Source of the DNA: Phoronis australis
Lineage: Eukaryota > Animalia > Phoronida
Direction: 5' to 3'
Length of the DNA: 64,000 nt
Assembly: GCA_002633005.1 (NCBI GenBank)
Contig: NMRA01000050.1
Span: forward strand, 1,223,395-1,287,394
The number at the start of each line of letters is the position of its first letter. Positions within the stretch are counted from its first letter, which is position 1. Below, in pieces: positions 12,401-24,670 of the stretch. The notes beneath the pieces are model-generated. The model saw only the letters and a list, made by a program, of their open reading frames with translations. It made no database searches and was not told the origin of the DNA. The position numbers were made by a program, and so were the translations under genes.

Positions 12401-14822
12401 GTACTCTGATATAGACAGACAACTTTTTTCTGCATTATAAGAATTTCTTCCTTTGCGGAGCTATAACACTTGGCCAGTGTTCAGTGGAGAGTAACATTCT
12501 TAGCCCGAGAAGAGTCACGCAGAAAAAACGAGAGCAGTGAGGGGAAGCAAGGCAAATTAATTAATGGGGTGAGAAGAGGCAGTGCAGTCTGTTCTGTCTT
12601 ACGCTCATTCTCCTCCAACAGTTATGAATGAGTCAACGAGAGAATTAATGCCATTTATAAAAGGTGGTGCTCAACTTACCCCCATGCTCAACATTCCCTG
12701 TACTCACCTTGCCCCGCTTTCCCCTCAACTATCTATGATTTAAACCTTACATTGTGTACATCTTTAACAAAAGAGCAGCGGTAAACTCACGTTCTTCGTG
12801 GTCCTCCACAAAGAAGTGGTAAACGTTGTCCCAATATTCGTGTACTGCTTTTTTCTCCTCCGTAGTTAAGGGGTGCACCTTTTTCTTTTCGCTCTTTTTT
12901 CCACTCTCTTTCGGCGCGTGGCTTTCCCCCGCGGTTTCCTCGTGAATGTGAATGATGTAGTTTTGCTGCTTGTTGGCATGGTACTGGGCTGCGTGCGGGT
13001 TATGAATGTGAACGTCTATTTGGTCTTCCTCTGCAACATTTAACGCCGTTGGCGTACTAGTACTAGAAGTAGTTCCGGCAATGTCGGCTTGCAAGAACAG
13101 TTGGCGTACTAATACTAAAAGCTGTTAATTATTTAGGAAACTACAACAACGTTTATGAAATTTCGTCTTGAACGTTTATATTAAACACAATTTGATCATC
13201 TGATTGAAGACAATGTTCTGCAATTGATGCACATTTCTTTTTGCTAAAATTCACTAAAAAGCCATCGTCACGTGACCTGATAAATGTCAAATTGGTGAAA
13301 AAGTCAAAAACTGAGTTTTGTAAGCTGTCTACGTTCAGAAAATAAGTTAAAATCAAAAAAGTTATATGGTTATTTACCTAAATAGACAGCCTTGTCGACA
13401 AGGTTCTACATAACGTGGGGTCTCAGTCATCAGAAATGCGTGACTTGTTCTTATTGCGATTTGCAAAACGCGACATCGGTAGAGCTTAATAGCACTCGAA
13501 GCTTTTTAACACAGGCGGTCCGCCCCCTGGTGAATATTAAATTCTGACTCACTTTCTCGGTACACTGCTGAATCGTGTTTAGGTTGATGCACGAACACGT
13601 GATACTCGTGGTCCATCTGATCATTGTCCTCGCCTGAAAATAAACGATTATTGAATGATTTGATCAAGAATTTCAGTGGCAAAATCAAAGCCCGTGATGG
13701 CAGCTAGCCGGGTGCGCTGCAACTAACAAATCAGCTGGACTTCAGACTGACTGATCGATAGACTGACCCTTGCATAGGCCTGCGCTCAGATAACCGATAA
13801 CCGACTTATGGCATGTTCATGTTCACACGCTTGAAACATTGATAACGTGTGTTATAAAGTTCAGGCAGTCCAGAGGTGACAGTGGCATAGTGTTTAACGT
13901 CAGGGAAAATTTTAGACTACAAGGATACCCGAGTCTCACGAGTCATCCCATGTGACAGGCGAAGACCCAGGTACATTTGCTCGCAAGACGTCGCTTTGCA
14001 GCGACCAGTTACTAGTCGCGTTGTGAGCAAATGAGACCCAGGGTACTTATATCTCACGATAGATATCACTTTCACTCAGATGAAAAAAATTAGTCCCGAT
14101 TCCAGACTCTATTAGTCAGGTTTTAGTCACTGTCTGGCATCTGGTTCCGATTGGTAGATCAGCGATGAGGTCATTTAGGCGAACGTGAAGCTCCCTAACA
14201 CAACCATGACTGACATGACCTGAGCCTCAATCCAGATGATAAAAAAGAGAATATTTTTTCTCTAATGTCCGTTGCACGTGTCACTCGAGCTCTGTATAAG
14301 CTTTGATTTCATCAGAAGATCTTATATTTTCGTATCCTATAAACGTTATTCGAAAAGGAACAGTGTGCAGTTGAAGTCACTGAGCAGCAATTCAATGAAC
14401 ATTTGTTTTAGAAACACAGAAAATGAGAGAAAGATGTGACTATTTGAAATGTTGAAATACATTTAAAAAACAGAGTGTAGCTCAGTATGTTAAAATCTGA
14501 CAAAACGGCCTCGTTTTCGAAAAACCGGGCCAACCAACTAAGACTCTCGATGACGACTCTCGGTTTACAGACCAATCAGATGTCTTAGTCGGTTGAAATG
14601 GCGGAACCGGGCAAATCAATCCAGCGCAGTCAAACTTAGTAGGCCTACGTTCGCAGGGCCTAAATGACCAGGCATATGCGTAACAATTTTAAGAAATATA
14701 TCCGCAATAGGCTACATTCAGAAAATAAACAGCGAAAGGTGCAAATTTTCGTACTTACTGGAGCTCGGCTTGGCGGTAGCCACAGCAACTACTAGCAGGA
14801 GGGTTAATACTTTGAGACACAT
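9480..14822 (-). CDS. Secreted Cu/Zn superoxide dismutase-fold protein with His-rich N-terminal extension (cavortin/dominin/pernin-like), 7 exons, 291 aa
   Basis: Exons 14822-14759, 13633-13553, 13030-12791, 12174-12086, 10787-10615, 10283-10166, 9590-9480; all GT-AG, phases consistent, 876 nt ending in TAG. Signal peptide MCLKVLTLLLVVAVATA; SOD motifs YAEC..LTGRVVFKQ, HGMHVHEYGD..C..VGGHYNP..KKHG, RHVGDFG, SILGRALV, GCCVI. Confidence 0.92.
11165..11238 (+). pseudogene. tRNA-derived sequence (tRNA pseudogene or SINE head) in SOD intron 4
   Basis: A-box-like tgggtcagtgg, B-box ggttcgagtcc and T-arm ccagg/cccgg are present; acceptor and anticodon stems pair poorly. Confidence 0.6.
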
Positions 14823-14849
14823 ACTGGCTGCTAGCTCTCTCACAACACA

Positions 14850-14920
14850 CTAGCGAATGATGGGACTCCTCGCTCTTATATACTGCTACGGTGGAGAGGC
14901 GTCAAAGCGTTTCCACCAAT
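14850..14920 (-). promoter_or_regulatory. Core promoter of the SOD-like gene (TATA box, Inr-like, CCAAT)
   Basis: Minus-strand TATATAA at 14876-14882, TCATTC Inr-like at 14855-14860 and CCAAT at 14916-14920, all just upstream of the ATG at 14822. Confidence 0.6.
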
Positions 14921-16417
14921 CGCAATCATAGTTCCTGACCCAGATGTATGCGCTGGATCTATCTGTACACTGTTGCAAAAAAACTGAATTTACGATAATA
15001 ATGTCTGATTATGATAACATTGTGAAAATGTATTTTAAAAAAACAGGAATTTTCTAAAACTTGATGAAATTCACTGTTAGCCGAATTCCTAGATGGCTGG
15101 GCAGCGGTCGCGTCGAAACTCCGCGTGCCCCTGTATCTCACCCCCAGGACGAAAGTGGTTTGATTTTAAGCACCAAACTATTGTTGGACTCTTTTGAACG
15201 CCTTTTGGAAAAGAACGTTGTTTAATTTAGTTTTGGAACGTTCTTATGGTAAAAATTTCTGTAATAGAGCCGGATTTCCCCGCTTTAGCCAACAGTACAA
15301 ACGGAGTTCTTAAGCGTGCCTATAAAAATATGCAGAGTTATCCGCTACGGGAAGTGCGCGTCATAAAGAAGCACCAGGCAATGGCGGTCTCAGCATTTCC
15401 CCCCGTGGATGCCCACTGGAGTTTCATAGGGAGGTCAAAAAATCTTTTCGCTACGACCGCTTTCTTAGCGAGATCGTAGCGTAAGGTGACTACCCTGTCC
15501 CGACATTCAGACTCTCACCTAGTTGATAATTTAGATTGATTGATGAACTCTCAGGTCTTTGTCCAGTGCCGTGACAAGGTTGGCACAAAAATCAAAGTTT
15601 AAACTTCTATCTCGAGGTCACAAAACAATCGTAGTAAACACATTCAACGCCAAAAATTCTAAAATATTTCTGGACGCACAGTTTATGAATATTTGTCATG
15701 GCAACGAGCCAGCAAAGTGTGGTAGGTGTTTTTTCCAGTTTGAAGCAATCCTTGGTGTAAAAGACAGAACTTTGGGTATACACTTCACATAATTTGCTTG
15801 TAGAATTTCAAGTTGTATGCTCTGTGTGAAGACTAGTTATTTATGTGTACTCCCCACTTTCATTTATGTTTGGTTTTTAATTATCCAATTACATTTGAGG
15901 CATTAAACATTAGCAAGATGCCTATCACTTCATGCGCACTGCTGCGAAACGTATTTTTAATAAACTATGGACCAAGAGATGTATCCCTGCACTCAAAGCG
16001 ATAACATGAAAAGATATGATAATTGCGAGGGTCTCGTTGCGATCTGGGTTATCATGTCGCTTTCTCATCCAAAAACAAAGTAATTAATCATGTTTTTTGT
16101 TTGTTCATTCCGTTTACATCAAGTGACTCTGTTTGCCTACGATCTGCCCAAAGTTTGACTCTGTATGCTTCAGACAAATTTACAGCGTTCGACAATTCAG
16201 TCGATTTTGTTCTCACATTAAGAATACAACTGAGTTCTATGCACGAGCACGCTCACACTCACGCAGGCACGCACGCACGCGTGCACGAACACACACTTCG
16301 ACACCAGGTCTCAAATTTCAGAACAGTTAAAACTACCGAAGCCGGTATGAACGTTCAATAACTCATTTTCGAATAGTTGCGCCTTATTGAAATTCATTGT
16401 CCAACCACACGGCAATG

Positions 16418-16638
16418 CATGCGCACACTCTAAGGAGCCCCCCTCCCCCCCCTCCATTTGGCGAAGTGGGCAAAAAGGTCCGTCTCAGAGATACAAAAAG
16501 TCCGAGAAAATGAGACAACAGTCCATGGAAATTCAGCACGAATGCACAATTCACAGGTCTAAATGTAGAACACGTTTCAGTTTTCGGTAAGAGATGCGCA
16601 TACTGGAAGTATTCGAGGTCCGGCTGGGTGCGCGCATG
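16418..16638. mobile_element. MITE, CAYG-ended family with 5-bp TSD (copy 1)
   Basis: Ends catgcgcacac / gggtgcgcgcatg; TSD caatg on both sides; internal similarity to the copies at 23200, 26690 and 31161. Confidence 0.8.
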
Positions 16639-16650
16639 CAATGTAGGTAG

Positions 16651-16940
16651 AGTTCAGTATCGCTAGGAGGTACACTAAGACCTCGCTAAAACTAGCCAAA
16701 CTCACGTGTTCTCATTTAAGATACACGGCAGTATCTCACGTAATCTCGCGATGTCTTGCTTTTTAGCGAGGTCCTAGCGTTACTGAACTAGGGTAGAATC
16801 AGTAACGCTAGAACCTACGCTAGGACCTGAGGTCGCTAAGTCTAGCTAAAATCACGCGTACTCATTGAAAAATGTATGGCAATATCTCACGTAAACTCTC
16901 CAAGTCTTGCTTTTTAGCGAGGTCCTCGCGTTACTGAACT
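16651..16940. repeat. Two tandem units of a gttcagtaacgctagg...cctagcgttactgaac MITE-like repeat
   Basis: About 145-bp units with inverted ends; the same family forms the foldback at 34366-34688. Confidence 0.7.
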
Positions 16941-18981
16941 CTACCAGGGTTTTTGTGAACAGGCGTTCCGACTCAATAACGGATCATATGTAAAGAGGTA
17001 TCCGCAACACACTGATATAAACAGGGTTTTTAAAACTTTTTCTGCAAACACAACTCCACCAAAATTTCCATTGTGCAATGGGACGTACTCATGGCTCAAG
17101 AAAAGGCGAATATCTTGAAATACTCCTTGCTGAAGGACGCCATGTTCCATACATTTCCCACTGAGCGCCAGTCGGAAGAATTTCTATCTCAGCCGATGTT
17201 AAAAAGCTAAAATAACTTTGTGAACTCAACCTAACAAAACAGTAGGTGGTGCTGACGTTGTGACTTACTCATCAAATAAATGAACAGCTGCGTAACTTCT
17301 GAATATCTCAGTCTGCATCAAGCGGAAGACGACTGCGCGCTCTCATTACCGTAGAGCGCTCCAATATGAAGAGCCCCAGCGGACGCTGCTCACTTTATGC
17401 CGGTAAGAGAACACTAACACGGGCTGTACGTTAGTTTGAGGCCCTGAACAGGCTGCAGTGTAGTACTGAACGCCAGGATTTCTTTCTAACTTATGGTGGA
17501 GGTTTGTCGGAGAACTTTTGAATAGTCTACATCATGTACGGTGAATTCTGGGAAAAGTTTTGTTGGACTTTACATATACATGTAATTCTGTTCTTTCAGC
17601 CAAACGTCTACAGAGCTATAAAATGTAGCTCAACAGAAGTAGAAAGCCGTTATACTTTTGACTTTATATCAGTCTGTCATTAAGTGGGTGATGTGAACAT
17701 GTCTTTTAGTCAAACTTTGCAGTAAAATAAACAAACGCATCATGGCCAAATTTTTAAGATGAAACATCGAAACATCGAAAATGTTGTTACAGTTTTCCAC
17801 ATCACCATTTCGTTTTTGTTTTCATTTTATGCAACTTTTTTTCATCATATTCATAAGGAGTCGTCTCTTCAATAAACCCTCATTGTAATACTGGTTCAAA
17901 ACAATTCCCCATAGTTGTTGAGAAATGTACATAGAACAAAGTATCTCAATTTTTCTTTTGAATCCTATTAGCTTTTTCTGAGATATGAGGCTCCTAACGT
18001 AGCTCAAAATTTGAGCAGATCTCTAGGGTCCTACGCAACCTTACATACCGTGTCGTTACCAACTTACTGAACTAAATGATTCTCAACTACAGAGATCTGG
18101 AAACAATGGCCATATATTTTCTAAAATCTACTTTATTCATTGAAAACACGACACTCCTGTCTGTTTACTTGTTTAGTGCAAAATTGATCAGATTCGCGAT
18201 CTTCCAAAGAGAGCATGGTGCAAGTCACCGCTATAATAAACACAAATTTATGCGCCCACATAGACAAGCTGGATGATCGCACCTAAAAAAATCTGAAAAT
18301 TGAACAGTAAATATGGTGTCAAGCTCACCAAACATATTAGTCATGTAAACACTCACATGTAGCCTACAGCAGAGACATTGGTTACTGAAAAGTTAGCGAC
18401 GAGTGAATCTATAGTGTATTGAAACCAGTCGATCAGGGTGAAACTGAGACATTGAATCACGACTTTCTTTCACAAACGCAAGAACTAAAAAACATGAGAA
18501 GACTTAAAAATGTTCTGCCTGCCAAAAGTTTAGAAGAAGCCCTCACAAATATGCTCATTCATCGACCAATCCACCAGGTTCCCTTCATTTAACAAAGAAG
18601 TACTTTGGCAGAACGTTCATGTACGACATGGTAGGCCTACTGGCACTTGGCAACCACCGTCCGCTGCATGAAATATTGTGTGCAATATGGAAAAATAACT
18701 GACTTTTACAAGAAAAGTAACACTGTTGTTTTTTTTTGTCATGTCTTATTTTGACGCCCCTCAGGTAATCAGAGAAAAACATGAGGTCACAACTATTTTA
18801 GGGTCACACTAGAATGCGGAATTTCTTGGCATCAAAAGCGCGCCACTTCGAGATCGCGATTACTACGCTGCATGTCACTAGATGTCGTCTTATTGGTGTT
18901 GTAAGTGCCAACCGTGTAAGACCAAAAGTTCCTTCTGTCACAAATTCAAACTTCCAATTGAATTCAGTAACACCTAATGTC

Positions 18982-21031
18982 CAGTGCTTTAGTGTGGCGT
19001 ACGGCGCACGTAGGCGCAGTCAACTACTTTTTTGTTTTTTAATGTAGCGCCTACTCACCGTAAGTTACGGTATAGTGGGCCGTATGCGCACATAGGCGCA
19101 GCCAACCATCTTTCTACATTTTAAGGTAGCGCCTAAACGCGCCGTAAGTGACGGTTAAGTGGGGCGTAGTGTTGACGGCATCAATGCGCTGCTACGCTGA
19201 CGACAGCATTGTTACTGAACATTTCGGCGCGCGCGAACACCAAAAACAGCACCAGTCTTACTTTGCTCTTTGATGTACGCGCGGTTCCTGAAGCTGGTCA
19301 TTGCAATGGATTCGTCCAAACGAGACGAACCCATTGCTCCCGAATTATAAGTTTAATTGAGGGCTTTTAAATTTTGTGCTGCTATGAAACGACAATCAAG
19401 TGGTTGCCAATCGGTACTAAAATATTTTAAGAAGATGCCAAGATCAGAAAGCACAGGACCAAAATCCTCCTGCTGAAAGTGTCTCATTTGCTGAAACTAG
19501 TATTCCAGAAGCGGAATACCCCACATCTGAAACGGAAATATCTGCAGGTGACCCAGATAATGACTCGTAACAGTGGCCAAGCGTGTGGAATTACGATCAG
19601 TGGATGGAATTCAAGAAAAAGTATCCCTGGTTAGAACACAGGGATGGAAAGCTGGGTTGCGTTTCTTGCTATATTTGTACTAGACCTAGGTTTTATGAAC
19701 GAAAGTGGTGTATCACTATCTTCGAAGTGGACTCAGTTTTTGATAGAAGCAGCTAGAGATTCCCGACTGGCTAAACTTAAGTCGCTCAGCAGTAAAACCA
19801 GTCGTCATATGAACTCTAAATTCTACGGATCAAAGTATTGACGAAACGAAAATTAAAAGAACAATTGAAAATACATTGCAGCTCATGAGCAGACTACAAC
19901 GGAAAAGTCTTCAGAGCAGCATACTCACTAGTTCAAATGAATCGTCCGTTCACCGATCACGAGCATCTCATAAACCTTCAAAAACTGAATGGTTTGAATT
20001 TGGGTGTTACGCTTTATTCTCGTTTAAGTGCAACCAGAGACTATATATAGTACATGGACCGCCAACTCCGTATACTTTCATGGATGGTTGCTGTGTGGCC
20101 GGCTGTTAAGACACTTCCTTGTAGTACAGCTGAATGTGAACGAAGATTCAGCGAAATGAATTGGACAGTAACAGACTCTCGCTCTTCTTTGCTATTACAA
20201 ACCCCCTCAAGCTTGCTGTTTGGCAAGGTCAATGGTCCCCCGCTCTTCATGTTCGACCCAGAACCTAATTATGCCGAAACGTGTATTCGACAACACAGAA
20301 CTGCTGATAGTTCTCAACCGAGATCATGTGAATTGGAAAAGAACAAAGCTGACGATAAAAAAGTTTGTGGAGGATTCTGCAACTAAGCACTCTATCTTTG
20401 GACTGGTCGCCAGTACCTAGTATTTTGCTAACTTTAAAAAAATAAGAAAATATGCAAGAAACCCTCAATTCAATTAGTTTGTGGATTATACATTAACGCA
20501 TGCACGTACGCGTATTGTACATAGTGTTAAGCTCATTAAAATATCAGTGCGGCGGTGTAACATCGTGTTCGTGTAATTAGTCTTAAAAGCGTACGGAGTA
20601 ACATAATCTCACCGAGTAAAGAAATTTTTATTAATATTTCAAGATAAAGTTACATTTATGGCGTCACACCAAAGGGGGATAAAGGAGATCGAAGTGCTGG
20701 GCCCGAGGACACACCCCACGGGCGACTAAAAATCGCCACCAGATATCATTTCTAGGCGTTACTTTTGCCTTCAAATATGAGTGGTTGGATCCCCTTTCCC
20801 CGACATCCTAGATCAGCTACTACATACTCTAAATACCCACTCATGAGTCAAAAATAGGCCTACATTTTTGTGAGTCGGACAATGCTGTAGTGGGGCGTAG
20901 GTACACGTAGGCGCAGCCAACCATCTTTTGGCATTTGAACGTAGCGCCTGCGCTCCGTAAGTTACGTTCAGTGCTCAAGATGATGCGGTGAGCTCTGGGC
21001 GCCTACTTACCTCTTTACCACTACAGCACTG
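18982..21031 (+). mobile_element. Defective hAT transposon with C-terminal dimerisation-domain remnant
   Basis: TIRs cagtgctttagtg / cactacagcactg; 8-bp TSD ctaatgtc / ctcatgtc (7/8); subterminal cgtaggcgcag repeats; ORF 20054-20386 has TLPCSTAECERRFSEMN...RSSL (hAT dimerisation motif). Confidence 0.88.
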
Positions 21032-21945
21032 CTCATGTCTACACTTGGGTTTGCTTCTTGTTTACTATGACGTCACTGTGAAATTTGTTGTCGCGCGACA
21101 TCATAGAACGCCAAAATAACAAAAACTAGAAGTAAAATAAAATTGTTCGAGTTAAATGGTCTATTTGAGTTCATAGCACTTCCAAATATTTTACAGGTTA
21201 CTCAGTATCGTAAAACACCGACTGCTTTACTGCTTTTTGCCGGCAAACTGCTTCGAACCAGGCCCAAGCGAACAATTTTGTCACACTGAGCCATGAAACA
21301 CCCATGAAAAACAACTTGCATTGCGAAAAGGTCCCGCCAGAAACCCCTAGAAGCATTCTAAAACTGAGCTCTAACAACCATTTCATGTATCATAAAAACA
21401 AATTCCATATAACTCAATAGGCGACGCAGCACTCGCTGAAATAAGTGGGGCTATAGTACCCCTTCCCCGGCCCCTGTGGTGCGCGGCCCAAGACTCGTTG
21501 CCACTGGTCACTATATAAATGGCAAGTTACAGACAAAAAATACAACCCATAGTCCACCCAAAATAGACTAACAAAATGGGTCTCATAACATATACCATAC
21601 CATGATAGGATTCCATTTCGGACATCAACTGGAGCCGCAGACAACGTACATATGCGCCACTGTTTTCGTATTCTCAGTTTAAGGCGGGTTGGCCACCCCC
21701 GTTAAAAATTCAATGTCGCGTTCGTCTTCCTGTTCACTGCAAAGTACCCCAAGGTCAAGCACCTTCTCCCGTGTACAGTTTGTCGCTAGCCCNTACCTAT
21801 TTCAAGCTATCCCTGTGGGCGAGGTCGAGGGCAAGAGATTAGCCCATTTCTTCCGGACACGAACACTTTTTACACTAAACGTGAACAAAATTCCTTCGAA
21901 AATCGTGCAAGTGGCGACATCGCCAGTGATTGCGCATGCGTGGGC

Positions 21946-22455
21946 CAAGGTACCTAAACTACACGGTTAACGGAACCATAAACACGCGGTCACGGACGCA
22001 TGACTTTACGACTCACGTTTCTGCACATCTTTCACTGACTCACAAATACGGGAACGGACTCATAAACATGATCCATTCACCCAAATACACGGGACACGGA
22101 CCCACATTCACGAAGAAACACGCGGGTGAGCTGACCCAGGAAGCCGATGAGTCCGCCAAACCCGCGTTTTACGGACAATGATGTAGATGTCAGCTGACCC
22201 AGGAAGCCGATGAGTCCGTGACCCGTGTTTATGACATGCTTGATCGGAGTGAATCGTGTTTGGCGACCGGCCCGTTAACCGTGTTTCTTCGTGAATGTTA
22301 GTCCGTGTCCCGTGTATTTGGGTGAATGGATCGTGTTTTGTGAGTCCGTTCCCGTGTTTGTGAGTCAGTGTAAGGTGTTTGCAGGTGCGTGAGTCGTGTT
22401 CATGCGTCCGTGACCGCGTTTATGAGTCCGTTAACCGTGTAGTTTTGGTACCTTG
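21946..22455. mobile_element. Foldback / long-TIR MITE
   Basis: caaggtacc...ggtaccttg ends with about 175-bp imperfect inverted arms; internal 27-bp direct repeat agctgacccaggaagccgatgagtccg twice. Confidence 0.8.
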
Positions 22456-23199
22456 TGATCGAAGCTTAACCGCCAGCTAGTCTACTCCAGGAAGTCAGGA
22501 CTGCCCTGAGTTCATGAGAGGGGAGTAAAAGATAGCTTCGTAATTACGCCTCTTGAAGAAGCACTCAGCAGACGAAATTCCATCGAACCTTCCGTAACCT
22601 TTCAAGTATTCAAAATGCCCATTTTACCTGATGTCGCTGATGTCGCAGGCGCCTGTGGTTCAGTCGCGTATGTTCGGATCGACGCGGAGTTAAACAATTT
22701 ATGCATCAAAGCCTCTGTTTTTATTCATGCAACTGTTAACTTGAAGTTTTCATTGCATTAATCATCACACGGTGTTCAATGTACTTAACGAAGATAAACA
22801 TAGAAAATTACTCGTCCGACTATATCGTTTGTATAATATTTACCACTAACACAAGCACTGGTACAAAACTACTTTATAGACCGACCATACTTATCTGCAA
22901 AGCTACACACGTCACTTAAATTCGCTCTTGCAAATATAGAAATAGGTAGAAGAAATAACGTCTCAACAGAACAACGATTACATCAGATTTGTAATACAGG
23001 GGAAGTTGAAACTGAGCCAGTGTCGCAATCTTATGTATAAAATAGGTACTTGTTGATCTGAGGATAAGTTTTTACCAGCACAGTGCGAAGATTGTCTAAG
23101 CAGGGTCCGTTTAAGAGCGGTATCCACAAAGCAGTCGAACACAAAATTGTTGTCCTAAATAACCCAATTTAAGTGGTGAGAATGGGTCGGATGACGATG

Positions 23200-23459
23200 C
23201 ATGCGCGCACCCAGAATTTAATATGGGGGCTTGAATTTCTGACAAAGTGGACCTTTTGCCGCTAACAAAAAAGCGAGGACTAAAAAATAAAAAACGGGGT
23301 ACCACCTTCAGAACTATGAACTGTGCGTCTGCGTCTTTTTAGTGGACTTTTGTCTCATTTTCTCGGACTTTTTGTTTCTCTGAGGCGGATTTTTTTACCC
23401 ACTTCGCCAAATGGGGGGCTCGTTTGATCTCCCGGCCCCCCCCCCCGGGTGCGCGCATG
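23200..23459. mobile_element. MITE, CAYG-ended family with 5-bp TSD (copy 2)
   Basis: catgcgcgcaccc / gggtgcgcgcatg TIRs; TSD cgatg on both sides. Confidence 0.82.
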
Positions 23460-23710
23460 CGATGTGGCCTTGCAGAAATTAAGTCCAGCGTGGAACGAAA
23501 TCCATTGCGAGAGGGATGACCAACAACAGGTTCACCAAATCTATGTCAAATGGAGAACGAATGCCATGCTCATTGTTTGTATATTCTCCCGTCAAAGGAC
23601 CCGCATGTCGTTATCATGGTGGCTGCAGTTTCCGTCTTGTCCCATGAATGCGTGGATAATCAGCGTGTCGTTGCCTTGGCGACAAAAAAAAAACTCCCCA
23701 CGCTAATGGG

Positions 23711-24670
23711 TCAGTCATTAAACGGGTTGAATTTATGTTTTGCAATTGACGGAAACTGGCGAAAATTGACAGCTCGAAATCCGGCGTCAAGTTGCTTTAC
23801 CCGCTCCATATCTTCGTTCGATATTTCAAAATCAAACAAAGTAAAATTCTCTTCAATTCTACTCGCAGTGACGCTTTTTGGTATGACGGTGACTCCACGC
23901 TGAATGAGCCACTTGAGTACAAACTGTGCCACTGTCTTCTTGTACTTGTGCGACAATTCCGCCAGCAAAGGGACGTCAAATATACTCGGGCCGACTACGC
24001 TCTGTGTCTTAATGCGCTCTGGTGATACCAGGGGAGAGTAGGCAGTGAACACGATGTCGTGCGTCTTACAAAAATCGACCAGTTCTGTCTGTTGTAGAAA
24101 GGGATGCGCCTCGCACTGCAGCACAGCTGGCTGGATTTTACACATGTCTAGAACTTGCTGAATCTGGCTGACAGAAAAGTTGGACAGTCCTATTGATCGT
24201 ACCAAGCCTTTACGGACACATTGTTCCAGGGCTGCCCACGTCTCGGTGAACTCAACGTCGGTCGTCAGTACATTGCCGTCCGAATCCATGGGGAATATCA
24301 CGTCCGACTCAAGTCGCTCGAACGCGATGGGGAAATGCACGAGATACAGATCGAAGTAATCCAGTCCGATCTCATCAAGGTCCTTCCGCAGTCGAACTTC
24401 CACGTCATCATATCCGTGGAAAGTATTCCACAATTTGCCAGTAACGAACACTTCGTCTCTCCGCACAATATCATCTCTAATAGCGGCCCGTAACCCAGCG
24501 CCCACAATATCACTATTTTTATAAACGTGCGCTGTGTCCACATGTCTGTATCCAAGCTGAAGCGCATGGTACACAGCCTTCTGGATCTCCTCGCTCGTAT
24601 TACGGGAAGTTCCAAGTCCCACAGTTGGGATGCTGTAACCGTTATGAAGACGGACTGACGGGCACGTCAT
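23711..24670 (-). CDS. Aldo-keto reductase (AKR1-like), intronless, 319 aa
   Basis: Uninterrupted ORF from the likely ATG at 24670 (MTCPSVRLHNG); motifs GLGT, GYRHVDTAHVY, FVTGKLWN, DLYLVHFP, RSIGLSNF, QCEAHP, AYSPL, IPKSVTASRIEENF; catalytic D/Y/K/H present. Confidence 0.95.
   Translation of the reverse strand: MTCPSVRLHNGYSIPTVGLGTSRNTSEEIQKAVYHALQLGYRHVDTAHVYKNSDIVGAGLRAAIRDDIVRRDEVFVTGKLWNTFHGYDDVEVRLRKDLDEIGLDYFDLYLVHFPIAFERLESDVIFPMDSDGNVLTTDVEFTETWAALEQCVRKGLVRSIGLSNFSVSQIQQVLDMCKIQPAVLQCEAHPFLQQTELVDFCKTHDIVFTAYSPLVSPERIKTQSVVGPSIFDVPLLAELSHKYKKTVAQFVLKWLIQRGVTVIPKSVTASRIEENFTLFDFEISNEDMERVKQLDAGFRAVNFRQFPSIAKHKFNPFND

Noticed and set aside
15930-16430. Metal-response elements (TGCRCNC) upstream of the SOD-like gene
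   Set aside because: A few 7-mers more than 1 kb away, one inside a MITE; not distinguishable from chance.
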